A stretch of DNA of 45,281 bases from a virus (Duplodnaviria > Caudoviricetes), in the IMG/VR virus record IMGVR_UViG_3300037424_000380, positions 1-45,281 of that record; one strand, 5' to 3'. Under the pieces are notes generated by a model that was not told where the DNA came from, ran no database searches, and saw only the letters and a program-made list of their open reading frames with translations. The position numbers and the translations under genes were made by a program. Shown here piece after piece: positions 19,631 to 27,979 of this stretch; positions within the stretch are counted from its first letter, which is position 1; the number at the start of each line of letters is the position of its first letter.

Positions 19631-21257
19631 CAATAATTCTCCATTGATTTTCGTTCTCAAAAATAATTTCGTGCAATCCATTCGGATTTGTGTCGCTGCT
19701 ATGACCCCAATTCTGGCCGACCGAAGCCTCCGTCTCGATGACCATTGTTCTGGTCACGCCGTTCACGTCTTTGATCGGGATTGGGATTGTCATCAGCTGC
19801 ATTGCCTTGTGGACAAGATCGTAACGACCCTTTGGAAACTGAAAGAGAATAGCATCGTGCACCTGCGCAAGCAACTGTATCTCGGGCAACTCGATCCAGA
19901 TCCTCCAAATCCCGATACTAATGATGTGTCCAACCGTGGCCTGCGGGATCACCGCCAGACCTGTTTTGTACGTGTGCTCATCCCACGGACGACCAAACAA
20001 CTGGAACCGCACCCCTAACGGCGTGACAATCGGCCTCTGGTCCTGCACCAACTCGCGGATCATGCCTTGGTACTGCTTGATGCCCGGAAACGCCTTGAAA
20101 TATCGTAGCTGACCCTCAGTCGCTGCCGCAACAGGAATACGCTTCTGAATTGCCATCCCATACGGCGTCAACCCCAAGTTACTGCCGTGCTGCACGGCTT
20201 TCGACTGAAACCGATAATCATGCCCCTCTTTGTCATCCCATACCGGAGTATGGCTTTTGGCAATCTTTTTGTCTTTCTTCAGATCCCAAGTCCACTCTTC
20301 ACCGCCGACACCCTCGGGCCAGATCAGTCGGCACACAAACGTATGCGTATCGCCACCCTCATGGGCCTCGATATAAGCCTCATCGCCGGACACAAAGCTG
20401 ATCACCTTGCTCTCGGCCTGCTTCAAGTCCGCATAGCACAACTCCATACCGTCGTCGGCCTCGAAGGCATACCGATGCTTCTCTGTGATGTTCTGTGCGT
20501 TGCCGCCACGTCCATACGCGTCCTGATTGGATGACCATCTATGCGTTGAAGTCACACCAACATTGAAGTTGGAATGAAAGCGACCATCATCCTCCCTGAA
20601 CTTCAAAAAGCCAATCTGTTTGTGCAGATCCGCATGTCGGTTCAGAAGCTCAATCGGCTCTGCATACTTCTGCTCCTTGACTTTCAGCCGCCCGGCGATA
20701 CGCTCTCTGGCTTCCTTGTCCGCAGTAATCTTGCCATTTTTGTTCGTGACTGGCTTCAGCTTCCACAAGCCATACACCAGATGCTGCACGTCATCATCAC
20801 TTGATGGTTTAAACGGACGGACCTTCAGACGACTAGCTCCGCAGTCAAGACACTTGCGCTCTGCTGTATCCGGCACGCCCGGCTGCCACTTATGCTTCCC
20901 ATCCTTACGAGACGGCTTGGTGCACGCCCCGGTGTTCTTCTCCATGTGATCCCAAATAGGCTTGATCTCGCGATGGTTCGCCAACTGGCGCTCGACCTTA
21001 TTGCACTCCAAAGTCAGTTCCCGCAACAACTGATCCTTGGCCAGCAGATTGATTTTGATCCCTCTAACCGTCATGGCTATCGATGGACCCTGCAAAGCCA
21101 TATAAAAATCATGGACCCGCCTGTCGCCATCCGACATACGGGCCTCAAGGATATTGTCGATCTCCAGTGTTGCAATTGTATCAAGCGCATTGTAGGCAGC
21201 CTCACGCTGGAAGCCGACCGTGCTTTGCGCCTTGGTCAAATTGATTTTGAGGACCAT
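19623..21257 (-). CDS. polA: Family A DNA polymerase, polymerase subunit (begins at ExoIII)
   Basis: THRWSS, NAQNI, motif A ADLKQAE, motif B RFQSKAVQHGSNLG, motif C QVHDAI; N-terminal YNALD. Confidence 0.92.
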   Translation of the reverse strand: MVLKINLTKAQSTVGFQREAAYNALDTIATLEIDNILEARMSDGDRRVHDFYMALQGPSIAMTVRGIKINLLAKDQLLRELTLECNKVERQLANHREIKPIWDHMEKNTGACTKPSRKDGKHKWQPGVPDTAERKCLDCGASRLKVRPFKPSSDDDVQHLVYGLWKLKPVTNKNGKITADKEARERIAGRLKVKEQKYAEPIELLNRHADLHKQIGFLKFREDDGRFHSNFNVGVTSTHRWSSNQDAYGRGGNAQNITEKHRYAFEADDGMELCYADLKQAESKVISFVSGDEAYIEAHEGGDTHTFVCRLIWPEGVGGEEWTWDLKKDKKIAKSHTPVWDDKEGHDYRFQSKAVQHGSNLGLTPYGMAIQKRIPVAAATEGQLRYFKAFPGIKQYQGMIRELVQDQRPIVTPLGVRFQLFGRPWDEHTYKTGLAVIPQATVGHIISIGIWRIWIELPEIQLLAQVHDAILFQFPKGRYDLVHKAMQLMTIPIPIKDVNGVTRTMVIETEASVGQNWGHSSDTNPNGLHEIIFENENQWRIIDG

Positions 21258-21415
21258 AATTCTTCCCTTGTAATGCGAACGATCCGGCTGACTTTTCCCT
21301 TCAGCTTCGGCTCGGCCTCGACCTCCTTATGCGCATCCGCCAGTTCATCAGCCTGTAGCTGCACCCTCGGCAGACCACTATGCAACTCGGCATACAGTTT
21401 CGACAACTTCACCAT
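21236..21415 (-). CDS. Hypothetical 59-aa protein (MVKLSKLYAEL...) between polymerase halves
   Basis: Read manually; below ORF-track cut-off; fills gap in operon. Confidence 0.5.
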   Translation of the reverse strand: MVKLSKLYAELHSGLPRVQLQADELADAHKEVEAEPKLKGKVSRIVRITREELWSSKSI

Positions 21416-21418
21416 GGT

Positions 21419-21604
21419 TCAGACTAACCTGCGTTCCCAACACTTTTCACCATAACTATCTATAGTGTAACGCATCTCAATACGCTGTAGCCACACCCAT
21501 GAAGATGACCCATCCAAGTAATCAGCAATTTTAAGTGGATACCAAGCAAACCACGAGGTCCACTCCTGCCATTTTGTCGAGGATTTTTTAGTATGTATAA
21601 TCAT
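21419..21604 (-). CDS. Small Trp-rich hypothetical protein
   Basis: WTSWFAWYP...WVWLQRIE pattern common in small phage proteins; lower GC. Confidence 0.65.
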   Translation of the reverse strand: MIIHTKKSSTKWQEWTSWFAWYPLKIADYLDGSSSWVWLQRIEMRYTIDSYGEKCWERRLV

Positions 21605-21607
21605 AAC

Positions 21608-22609
21608 TCAACCGTCCTTTTTCTCAACCGCATTTTGATAACGGCCACCCCATGTTTTGTAAGCGCCGATCCGGGTGTAACTCGCGGCCATGTTGGCAAG
21701 ATCTGCCGGTAACTCGGAGTACAGCACCTTATGTCGCAGCCGGGTGTCGCTGCGATAGTTGCGTGTGGCGATCCCATGCTTGTCGTACAGCCAGACCAAA
21801 TCGTAGGTGTAATTCTGTCCGACCTTCGGATTAGGAGCCCCGAGTATTTCCTCCACAGCGCGCCATACACGCCATTCGGCCTCGACCGTGGGCCAGTACG
21901 AGCGATTTGGCTTGCGCAAGTCCACGAACGGCACAGACATGGCCCGACTAGTCGTAGGTGCAAAGGAGATAGCTGTGATCTGACCCCAACCTGTCTCGAT
22001 GTCCACACTCAACTTCGGACTGGCTTTGCACTCCGGGATGAAATCAAGCACATCCTGTACGGTCGGCTCGATCAACAACTCCACATGTGGGTAGACGATT
22101 TTCGGCCCGAGTTCTGCCTCGGCGTTCGCCTTGATCAGATCACCGACCACAATGGACAGCCAGATCCAATTCTTCTGTATCGCAGCCGGGTGGTAGGTGG
22201 GCAGAAGCTTGTGGCCCGCCATGATGTTCGTTGCAGGTGTCACAGCACCGCGATACTTGGCGATCAGCGTCTGGCCGGTAAATGCCCACAAAGCCGTGGC
22301 TCCTAGCGGAACGATCACGGTCGGCTGTACGGACTGCAATTGTTCGTTTAAACGAGCCATGTTCTCACAGACACGTACATCGTCCTTCATCCACTTGTCG
22401 ATATCACTTTCCTCATCAACAACCGTGTCAAATACGTTGCCAATGAAGAAGTCGTCACGCTCAAGATTTGCGCTCCGCAGCATGGCATTGAATAGTGCCC
22501 CGGATGTCCCGGTCATAGGCACGCTTTCACCGAACCGTGGCGCATCGGCGACAAAAGCAATACGGGTGGGAATGCTCGACGGCATTTGTGGCTTGACAGC
22601 ATGAGACAT
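21608..22609 (-). CDS. Uracil-DNA glycosylase-like domain fused to N-terminal part of the 3'-5' exonuclease (other half of split PolA)
   Basis: RIAFVADAP, PTVIVPLGATA, PTYHPAAI (family 4 UDG-like); ExoI SVDIETG and ExoII GQNYTYD. Confidence 0.85.
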   Translation of the reverse strand: MSHAVKPQMPSSIPTRIAFVADAPRFGESVPMTGTSGALFNAMLRSANLERDDFFIGNVFDTVVDEESDIDKWMKDDVRVCENMARLNEQLQSVQPTVIVPLGATALWAFTGQTLIAKYRGAVTPATNIMAGHKLLPTYHPAAIQKNWIWLSIVVGDLIKANAEAELGPKIVYPHVELLIEPTVQDVLDFIPECKASPKLSVDIETGWGQITAISFAPTTSRAMSVPFVDLRKPNRSYWPTVEAEWRVWRAVEEILGAPNPKVGQNYTYDLVWLYDKHGIATRNYRSDTRLRHKVLYSELPADLANMAASYTRIGAYKTWGGRYQNAVEKKDG

Positions 22610-22611
22610 GG

Positions 22612-22776
22612 TCACTCCTTGTCGTGGTTATCTTTCTGCGAACGGTCCGGCATCAACAAACAATGGATGTAGGTCGCGACCGCGACACTCAGGAGCAACG
22701 CAGCCGTGAAGAGAAAGGCTCCGAGATAGACGATCAGGCCGACGAAATACAGGATGAGATTGAGAATAAATTGCAT
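22612..22776 (-). CDS. Small membrane protein (54 aa)
   Basis: Read manually: MQFILNLILYFVGLIVYLGAFLFTAALLLSVAVA...; fills operon gap. Confidence 0.55.
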   Translation of the reverse strand: MQFILNLILYFVGLIVYLGAFLFTAALLLSVAVATYIHCLLMPDRSQKDNHDKE

Positions 22777-22786
22777 CGCATGGCCC

Positions 22787-23194
22787 TCACATAATGTTTT
22801 GCATGATCCGGTTTCTTGTGTTCTCGACAGTCAAAATCCGTGAACTATACACTACAGCTTGAAAGCTAAATCCAAGATCGCCGTGGCCAACTATATGCCA
22901 TACCTCTTTGCCCCATATGACAGCCGCTAGGATCTCTTGGGCTACACCAGCCCCAATCATACCATCCCGAAATGACCGATAGCACACTACATCGGCCTCG
23001 ACCTGAATACACTCGGTAAACAGTTCCATCACAGGACGCCGTAACCGTTTGGCGGCATCAACTGCGATCTTAAACCTCGGTGTATTCGGATTTATGACCT
23101 TCCCGTAGCCTCCGAGGTACTCGATATCTTTACGTTCGGCCTCTGTGTCATACCAAGACATCGGATGTGCATAGTAGATGAGCTTATCAGCCAT
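22787..23194 (-). CDS. Second nucleoside-deoxyribosyltransferase-like protein
   Basis: LIYYAHP, VINPN, ADVV, IGAGVAQEI...GKEV flavodoxin-like NDT pattern. Confidence 0.65.
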   Translation of the reverse strand: MADKLIYYAHPMSWYDTEAERKDIEYLGGYGKVINPNTPRFKIAVDAAKRLRRPVMELFTECIQVEADVVCYRSFRDGMIGAGVAQEILAAVIWGKEVWHIVGHGDLGFSFQAVVYSSRILTVENTRNRIMQNIM

Positions 23195-23222
23195 TTGGCT
23201 TCTCCTTGTTTAAACTCTGGTG

Positions 23223-23519
23223 TCAGGCGGTTCCTATATAATCAACAGTCGGCGTTTGCCATACCGTCTCTGTGACCAGAGGTGTCAGAATAATACGCTC
23301 TGCGAGCGCGATCTTGTCGGCGGTTGTACCAATAACAGCGGCCAGTTCTTCAGGCGTCACAAAGTCGCGGCGAATTTGATAGACAGTATTGCGGCCATCC
23401 GGTGCGATCACAATCGTCACGTCATTGCCACTCTTTGGGTTGTGCTTGGCCAGCAGGCGCGTCAGGATGACCACCCAATCAATCGAACGTACCTCAATAG
23501 TGTATGTGTTGTTTTGCAT
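23223..23519 (-). CDS. Hypothetical protein
   Basis: AGGAG RBS; TGGTATACT extended -10-like element upstream. Confidence 0.65.
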   Translation of the reverse strand: MQNNTYTIEVRSIDWVVILTRLLAKHNPKSGNDVTIVIAPDGRNTVYQIRRDFVTPEELAAVIGTTADKIALAERIILTPLVTETVWQTPTVDYIGTA

Positions 23520-23565
23520 GGCTCTCTCCTGCGTTTGTACCTACAGACAGTATACCATGTAGAAC

Positions 23566-23583
23566 CGGGGGCCGAAGCCCCCG
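23566..23583 (-). terminator. UUCG-capped hairpin after SSB-like gene
   Basis: CGGGGGC/GCCCCCG stem with TTCG loop on minus strand; weak U tract. Confidence 0.45.
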
Positions 23584-23599
23584 AATTCATTCTTGCCAG

Positions 23600-24070
23600 T
23601 TAGTCAGCGACCTTCTGGAACTTGGACAGAGTATTCTGCCAGACCGTCTCGCCGACGCTGTTCTCGTAACTGCGCTCACCGACCTGTGCGATGACTTCCG
23701 CGCCACGGAACTTCTTGGCGAAGGCCAGCTTCCCGTTTCCGTCGAGGATATTGCCGTCCATCGACAAATCGTGGATTGCCAGATGCTTGCGAACACTGTT
23801 CCAGTCCGCAGCACTCTCCAGATAAACCGTGAACTGAAGATCGTTCACGCTGAAGTCATAGTCGCCCATCTCCTCCAGCAGATCCTCGGCCACGCTCACC
23901 GGCTTCACGGCCTTGTAGGTAAACAGAACCTTCAGGCTCTGCCCTTCCTCACGCGGCTTCACGAGCGACACATTCGTGCCCTTCAGCAACCAGCCGCCAG
24001 ACGGCAGGTTCTGCGGTTCCGGGACTTCATCCCAAGACCTATTGAGAATGTCTTCATAATCCAATGCCAT
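23600..24070 (-). CDS. Putative ssDNA-binding protein (DUF669-like)
   Basis: Follows Sak4-like ATPase; EPQNLPSGGWLL start and VIAQVGERSY...QNTLSKF end; acidic. Confidence 0.6.
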   Translation of the reverse strand: MALDYEDILNRSWDEVPEPQNLPSGGWLLKGTNVSLVKPREEGQSLKVLFTYKAVKPVSVAEDLLEEMGDYDFSVNDLQFTVYLESAADWNSVRKHLAIHDLSMDGNILDGNGKLAFAKKFRGAEVIAQVGERSYENSVGETVWQNTLSKFQKVAD

Positions 24071-24156
24071 TTCAATCTCCTTGTTTTCCACATGTGGTTA
24101 TAATATGGGCTTCACACCCACTTGACGGGCTGTGGTCATGTCTTTCCCGTACACAT

Positions 24157-25056
24157 TCACTTGAAGCCCGGAGCCTTGTACCCAAGGGCCTCGAAAATCT
24201 CAGCCAATCCGGTTTCAATCGGATATGTGGCCTTTACACTGCGGCTCGGGATCTTCAAGTCGATCTCCATGCCGCCGACCGTATTGATGACCCGCATATC
24301 CTTCCCCTGCTTGGTAGTCTTCAGAAACTCCAGCATGATCGGCAGCATGCCGTGGATCACCTGCGCATTGGGCTTCGTCACACTGACAGGATAGATGCGC
24401 GACGGGATCATCCCATCACGGATCATTTCCATCTTCTGTTCCTTCAACGCCTCGTTGCCTTCCTTGTCATCGTTCTGGTTCAGGAAATCAGCCGGGCCAA
24501 GGATTTGTTTGTGGCTATTGATGATCAGGTGGAACCGATTGCGATCAGCCTTCATGATCTCAATGAAGTTGGACCAGTCGGCCACGGCATGACCCCAGAC
24601 CGCAGAAGTCATATTGGCCGGTGTCTTGTTGTTCATCTTCATGGCCCGCAGCTTGGCGGACGTACCGCCGCTCGACATACTGTCCACCACGACGATGGTG
24701 TCAAGGCCCCATTCGGACGACTTGCCAAGATCAACCTCGGTTCCGTCCTCGTCCTTGTACTTCCAATGCTGCATCAGCGTCAAGGCTTTGTTGAACGCCT
24801 CCGGAATACCGCTGGCCTCGACATACTTGTCGCCGGAACGCATCTTGTCTTGCAGCGTTACGATGTCGATGTTGGCCAATGCACGTTCATCCACGTACTC
24901 GACCAGCGGCTGATAGTTGCCCTCGAAATCGATAATGCGCAACTTGTATCCGGCATTCGCCAGCGCCGCAAGTGCGCCGGTCTTACCTGATCCGGGAAAC
25001 CCGATGTGAAACGCCCTATACGGCGTGCGGCCTTTCAATTGCGCTGCATTCGCCAT
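24157..25056 (-). CDS. AAA_24 / Sak4-like RecA-fold ATPase (single-strand annealing)
   Basis: Walker A GFPGSGKT, IIDFE, Walker B IVVVDS, IINSH; flanked by nuclease and SSB. Confidence 0.78.
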   Translation of the reverse strand: MANAAQLKGRTPYRAFHIGFPGSGKTGALAALANAGYKLRIIDFEGNYQPLVEYVDERALANIDIVTLQDKMRSGDKYVEASGIPEAFNKALTLMQHWKYKDEDGTEVDLGKSSEWGLDTIVVVDSMSSGGTSAKLRAMKMNNKTPANMTSAVWGHAVADWSNFIEIMKADRNRFHLIINSHKQILGPADFLNQNDDKEGNEALKEQKMEMIRDGMIPSRIYPVSVTKPNAQVIHGMLPIMLEFLKTTKQGKDMRVINTVGGMEIDLKIPSRSVKATYPIETGLAEIFEALGYKAPGFK

Positions 25057-25060
25057 CGTG

Positions 25061-25333
25061 TCACCTGATAATCAGTGTGGAGGGATCTTCATCGGCTTCG
25101 ATCTGGTCGGCAGCCAGCGGCGTTTCGGTGATCGTAAACGGCTTGCCGTTGGCCGGATCATTCGACACAACGAACCGCTTACCTTGCAGCAAGGCGTTGT
25201 TGATTTCGTCACACCTTGCCAGCAAAGCCATTTTGACTTCGGAACTGATCGTTCCATTGCCTTCGGCCTCACTCAGTGTCATGAAAATTGCGTAACCAAG
25301 AGCCTCGTCTATTTCAATGTCGTGCTTATCCAT
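25061..25333 (-). CDS. Hypothetical protein
   Basis: AAGGAG RBS before MDKHD. Confidence 0.65.
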   Translation of the reverse strand: MDKHDIEIDEALGYAIFMTLSEAEGNGTISSEVKMALLARCDEINNALLQGKRFVVSNDPANGKPFTITETPLAADQIEADEDPSTLIIR

Positions 25334-25359
25334 GGCTTGTCTCCTTGATTTATGTGTGC

Positions 25360-25389
25360 AGCATATCCGCACTCGTTAAAATGTGTCAA
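25360..25389 (-). promoter_or_regulatory. Sigma70-like promoter
   Basis: TTGACA-18 bp-TATGCT on minus strand. Confidence 0.55.
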
Positions 25390-25392
25390 GTA

Positions 25393-26556
25393 TCACCGCT
25401 CATGCAGCGGGTTCCACCGATCCTGCTTCTGGAAATTACTCGCCAGATAACGGTCACGCATGGCAGGGGGCTGTGAGCATGCTTGTTTAAACGGGCAAAG
25501 CCAGCAGTTGCGTTTGTTCATCGGCCAATACCCATGAATGGCATATTGCTCGGCCAGTTGTATCCAGACCTCCAGATCATGCAAATGCTCTTCGTGCTGT
25601 TCCTCGACCTTGTAGAATGGATGTCGTCCAAACGCAATTCCACCTACCATGATCTGCACGGCATCGACCATTGTCCCTCGAATATTCAGATCCGGGAAGG
25701 CCAGCGTCCCGACCATGGCGTAGGTGTCGAACTGCGTGTCGGGTGAGTACTGATCGAAATATTTCGAATTCAGCGTCTTGGTCGTGGTCTTGTTGTCCGT
25801 GATGAACAGCATGCTCCCGAACTGGCCGATGTAGTCGAAGTTCCATGTCAGGATGTAATCTTCGCCATAGTGGTTCTTGAACGGCAACGGCAATCGCCCA
25901 CTCAATTCAACCGCCATGGTCCCATCCGGGAAGACATATGGATGGTAGCTATCGGCAAGATCTTCTGGCTGCTCCAGCCCGTACCACACCAACGCCTGTA
26001 TCAACGACTGCCGGTTTTTGCGTGCATCGTCCGGGACGTACCGCCGCTCGACCACAATACCGCCACGGCATTCCGTGCAAATATCAGGTGGATCTCCGGG
26101 GAACCACGCCTTCTCGAAAGCGAACGGGCATTTGGCCCGATTGCCTTTGGAATTTTTGTATGGCATGCTGCCATCGCACTTCCACATCGTCTCGTACCGA
26201 CCGCCCCATTGCGTGCCCGGCTTTGGCGAGTTCAACTCATCGCCGGGGTCCACAGTGCTCGGATCTTCCCCATCATCTATCCGGGTCGGGATGCGCCCTT
26301 GGGTGTAGGTTTCCTCCATCGCCCATCGCACAACGGCGACCAGCGCATCTTCAATGGATTGACCGACTAGTCGGGCCTTCTGGAACCGCTCTAGACCGCT
26401 GGCGATCAATCGTCCAAAGGCAAGGTCCACGCTGCCGTTCTGCCAGCCCTCAAGGTTCGCATATTGGTAGTGTCGCGGACAGAACTGAAATGACTTCAGA
26501 CTGCTGGCGTCCCATGCGATCTGCAAATTCGGATTGTGCTTGCTAAAAGCGGTCAT
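25393..26556 (-). CDS. PD-(D/E)xK exonuclease (Cas4/RecB-like)
   Basis: DASSLKSFQFCPR, FDYI...TDNKT, QFDTY, CWLCPFKQAC. Confidence 0.85.
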   Translation of the reverse strand: MTAFSKHNPNLQIAWDASSLKSFQFCPRHYQYANLEGWQNGSVDLAFGRLIASGLERFQKARLVGQSIEDALVAVVRWAMEETYTQGRIPTRIDDGEDPSTVDPGDELNSPKPGTQWGGRYETMWKCDGSMPYKNSKGNRAKCPFAFEKAWFPGDPPDICTECRGGIVVERRYVPDDARKNRQSLIQALVWYGLEQPEDLADSYHPYVFPDGTMAVELSGRLPLPFKNHYGEDYILTWNFDYIGQFGSMLFITDNKTTTKTLNSKYFDQYSPDTQFDTYAMVGTLAFPDLNIRGTMVDAVQIMVGGIAFGRHPFYKVEEQHEEHLHDLEVWIQLAEQYAIHGYWPMNKRNCWLCPFKQACSQPPAMRDRYLASNFQKQDRWNPLHER

Positions 26557-26643
26557 AATATCTCCTTGATAAAAAACAGGCCGGTGGTACTCACCCCGTT
26601 TATCGCCTACCGTTGTGACTGGCGCACCTGTAGGATCATCGGC

Positions 26644-26883
26644 TCAGACCGTCCGTTGGACTTCCTCGACCGTGACCTTGATCATCCGACCTAGTGCTAC
26701 GTCTTCGGCAGGAGTGCCGAACTGTAGCTCTGTCGTCTTGGCGAGTTCCTGTGTCGGCTGGATCAGCACTGTACCAATATCGACCATTGTCATGCGATTG
26801 ATCTCGGCAATCAGATCCGCAGGTGCAGTTACATCAGCGGTATCGGCCATGAAGTAGCCTTCAACACGTTTGCAATCAGTCAT
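26644..26883 (-). CDS. Small paralogue array member (ends MIKVTVEEV)
   Basis: AAGGAG RBS before MTDCK; shared motif. Confidence 0.7.
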   Translation of the reverse strand: MTDCKRVEGYFMADTADVTAPADLIAEINRMTMVDIGTVLIQPTQELAKTTELQFGTPAEDVALGRMIKVTVEEVQRTV

Positions 26884-27133
26884 TGTGGTTCTCCTTGTTT
26901 TCAGTGACATCAGTGCCGCCATCTGGAAGTATTTCGATAACCAGTCGGATATTGACCATACCCGGCCTATTGGGCGGTTTGGGATTGTCGTCAAAAAGGG
27001 TGATGCCCGGCCTTGATCCTATTAGCTCGCCCATAGCACGCTGGAAGTCCCTTTCCATGATGGCCCGTATCCGCTTTGCCACCAACTGTTCGCCGCCTGT
27101 CGGGATATGTGTATACCCTACAACAGTTCTCAT
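26876..27133 (-). CDS. Small paralogue array member, divergent (NIRLVIEI)
   Basis: GGAGG RBS; GITLFDD motif. Confidence 0.65.
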   Translation of the reverse strand: MRTVVGYTHIPTGGEQLVAKRIRAIMERDFQRAMGELIGSRPGITLFDDNPKPPNRPGMVNIRLVIEILPDGGTDVTENKENHND

Positions 27134-27135
27134 GA

Positions 27136-27372
27136 TCAGTCCTCCCTTGCCGGAATGTCCGTTGTCTCGATTGTCACTTTCAGGAAGTGCAGCGGTTCTT
27201 TGCCTTCAATAGCCGAATGAGCGCGGTTCTTGGCATAGCACTCGTCCACACTGTCGAAGAGCAAACCCCCACCAATAAGCAGCTCTGTAAGCTTGTTCAG
27301 TGTGTCTGTGACACTCTCTGGTGTGTTCACCTCGGGGTTCACAACTGCGATAAATGATACATGTTCAGTCAT
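27136..27372 (-). CDS. Small paralogue array member (FLKVTIET)
   Basis: AAGGA RBS before MTEHV; GLLFDSVDE motif. Confidence 0.7.
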   Translation of the reverse strand: MTEHVSFIAVVNPEVNTPESVTDTLNKLTELLIGGGLLFDSVDECYAKNRAHSAIEGKEPLHFLKVTIETTDIPARED

Positions 27373-27373
27373 G

Positions 27374-27541
27374 TCACTTTCCTTTCTTTTCGATGAACAA
27401 CGCACGCCGTTGGCGCTCGACCTCGATCAACTGCCGCAAGTCGTCGTCGTTCAGGGTTTTCGGATTGCAGTCAAAGAACCGATCCAGATTTGGCTCCTTG
27501 GCAATCTCATCGATCAACTCGTTGCCGTCCTTACCTGTCAT
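27374..27541 (-). CDS. Hypothetical 55-aa protein (MTGKDGNELIDEIAKEP...)
   Basis: Read manually; ATGA overlap with upstream gene; fills gap exactly. Confidence 0.65.
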   Translation of the reverse strand: MTGKDGNELIDEIAKEPNLDRFFDCNPKTLNDDDLRQLIEVERQRRALFIEKKGK

Positions 27542-27771
27542 TGACGCTGCCCGACATACTCGACCTGCTCGACCGTAATCTTGAAGATGATCTTCAGATC
27601 ATTGGCCCCGACCGTGGCGATCTGGTGCTTCAGATCCTCGGGATCGGCGGATGTAATCATTCCAAGCGAATTGAGAATGTAGGTCAGGCCATCCACGTAT
27701 TGCGCTTCCGTGTACGTCGCGGTATTCGAGCCGGTGTACAGAACGTTGTTCAGCTTGTCGGTCATGATCAA
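27538..27771 (-). CDS. Small paralogue array member (IFKITVEQ)
   Basis: GGAG RBS; GMITSADPEDL motif. Confidence 0.7.
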   Translation of the reverse strand: MIMTDKLNNVLYTGSNTATYTEAQYVDGLTYILNSLGMITSADPEDLKHQIATVGANDLKIIFKITVEQVEYVGQRQ

Positions 27772-27974
27772 TTCTCCATCTTTTCGATTGTGACCTTGAA
27801 AACGGCGCTTGCTGCCGGTTCAGCCGCTGTCTCTTGCATCAGTTCTTCCGGCGTGTCGAACATAACCGCGCCTTGTGCCGCTTCCTCAAGCACACACCGT
27901 AGGCCGGTCATCATATAGTTTGCATCACGCGCACCGGTCATGCACCCGATGTATTTGATTGCTGTATTGGCCAT
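27768..27974 (-). CDS. Small paralogue array member (VFKVTIEK)
   Basis: AAGGAG RBS; GAVMFDTPEEL motif. Confidence 0.7.
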   Translation of the reverse strand: MANTAIKYIGCMTGARDANYMMTGLRCVLEEAAQGAVMFDTPEELMQETAAEPAASAVFKVTIEKMEN

Positions 27975-27979
27975 TGTCG

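Noticed and set aside
17233-21257. 2-aminoadenine (Z) or 7-deazaguanine genome system
   Set aside because: A DUF5664-like and MazG-like gene are present, but no PurZ, DatZ-like HD phosphohydrolase, DpdA or Que/FolE genes were recognised
21258-21607. Group I intron or intein splitting the polymerase
   Set aside because: No intron core or intein terminal motifs seen; the gap is filled by two ordinary small ORFs and the downstream half has its own start
25393-26556. CRISPR-associated Cas4 / CRISPR array
   Set aside because: No repeat-spacer array or other cas genes; the nuclease sits in a standard nuclease-Sak4-SSB recombination module
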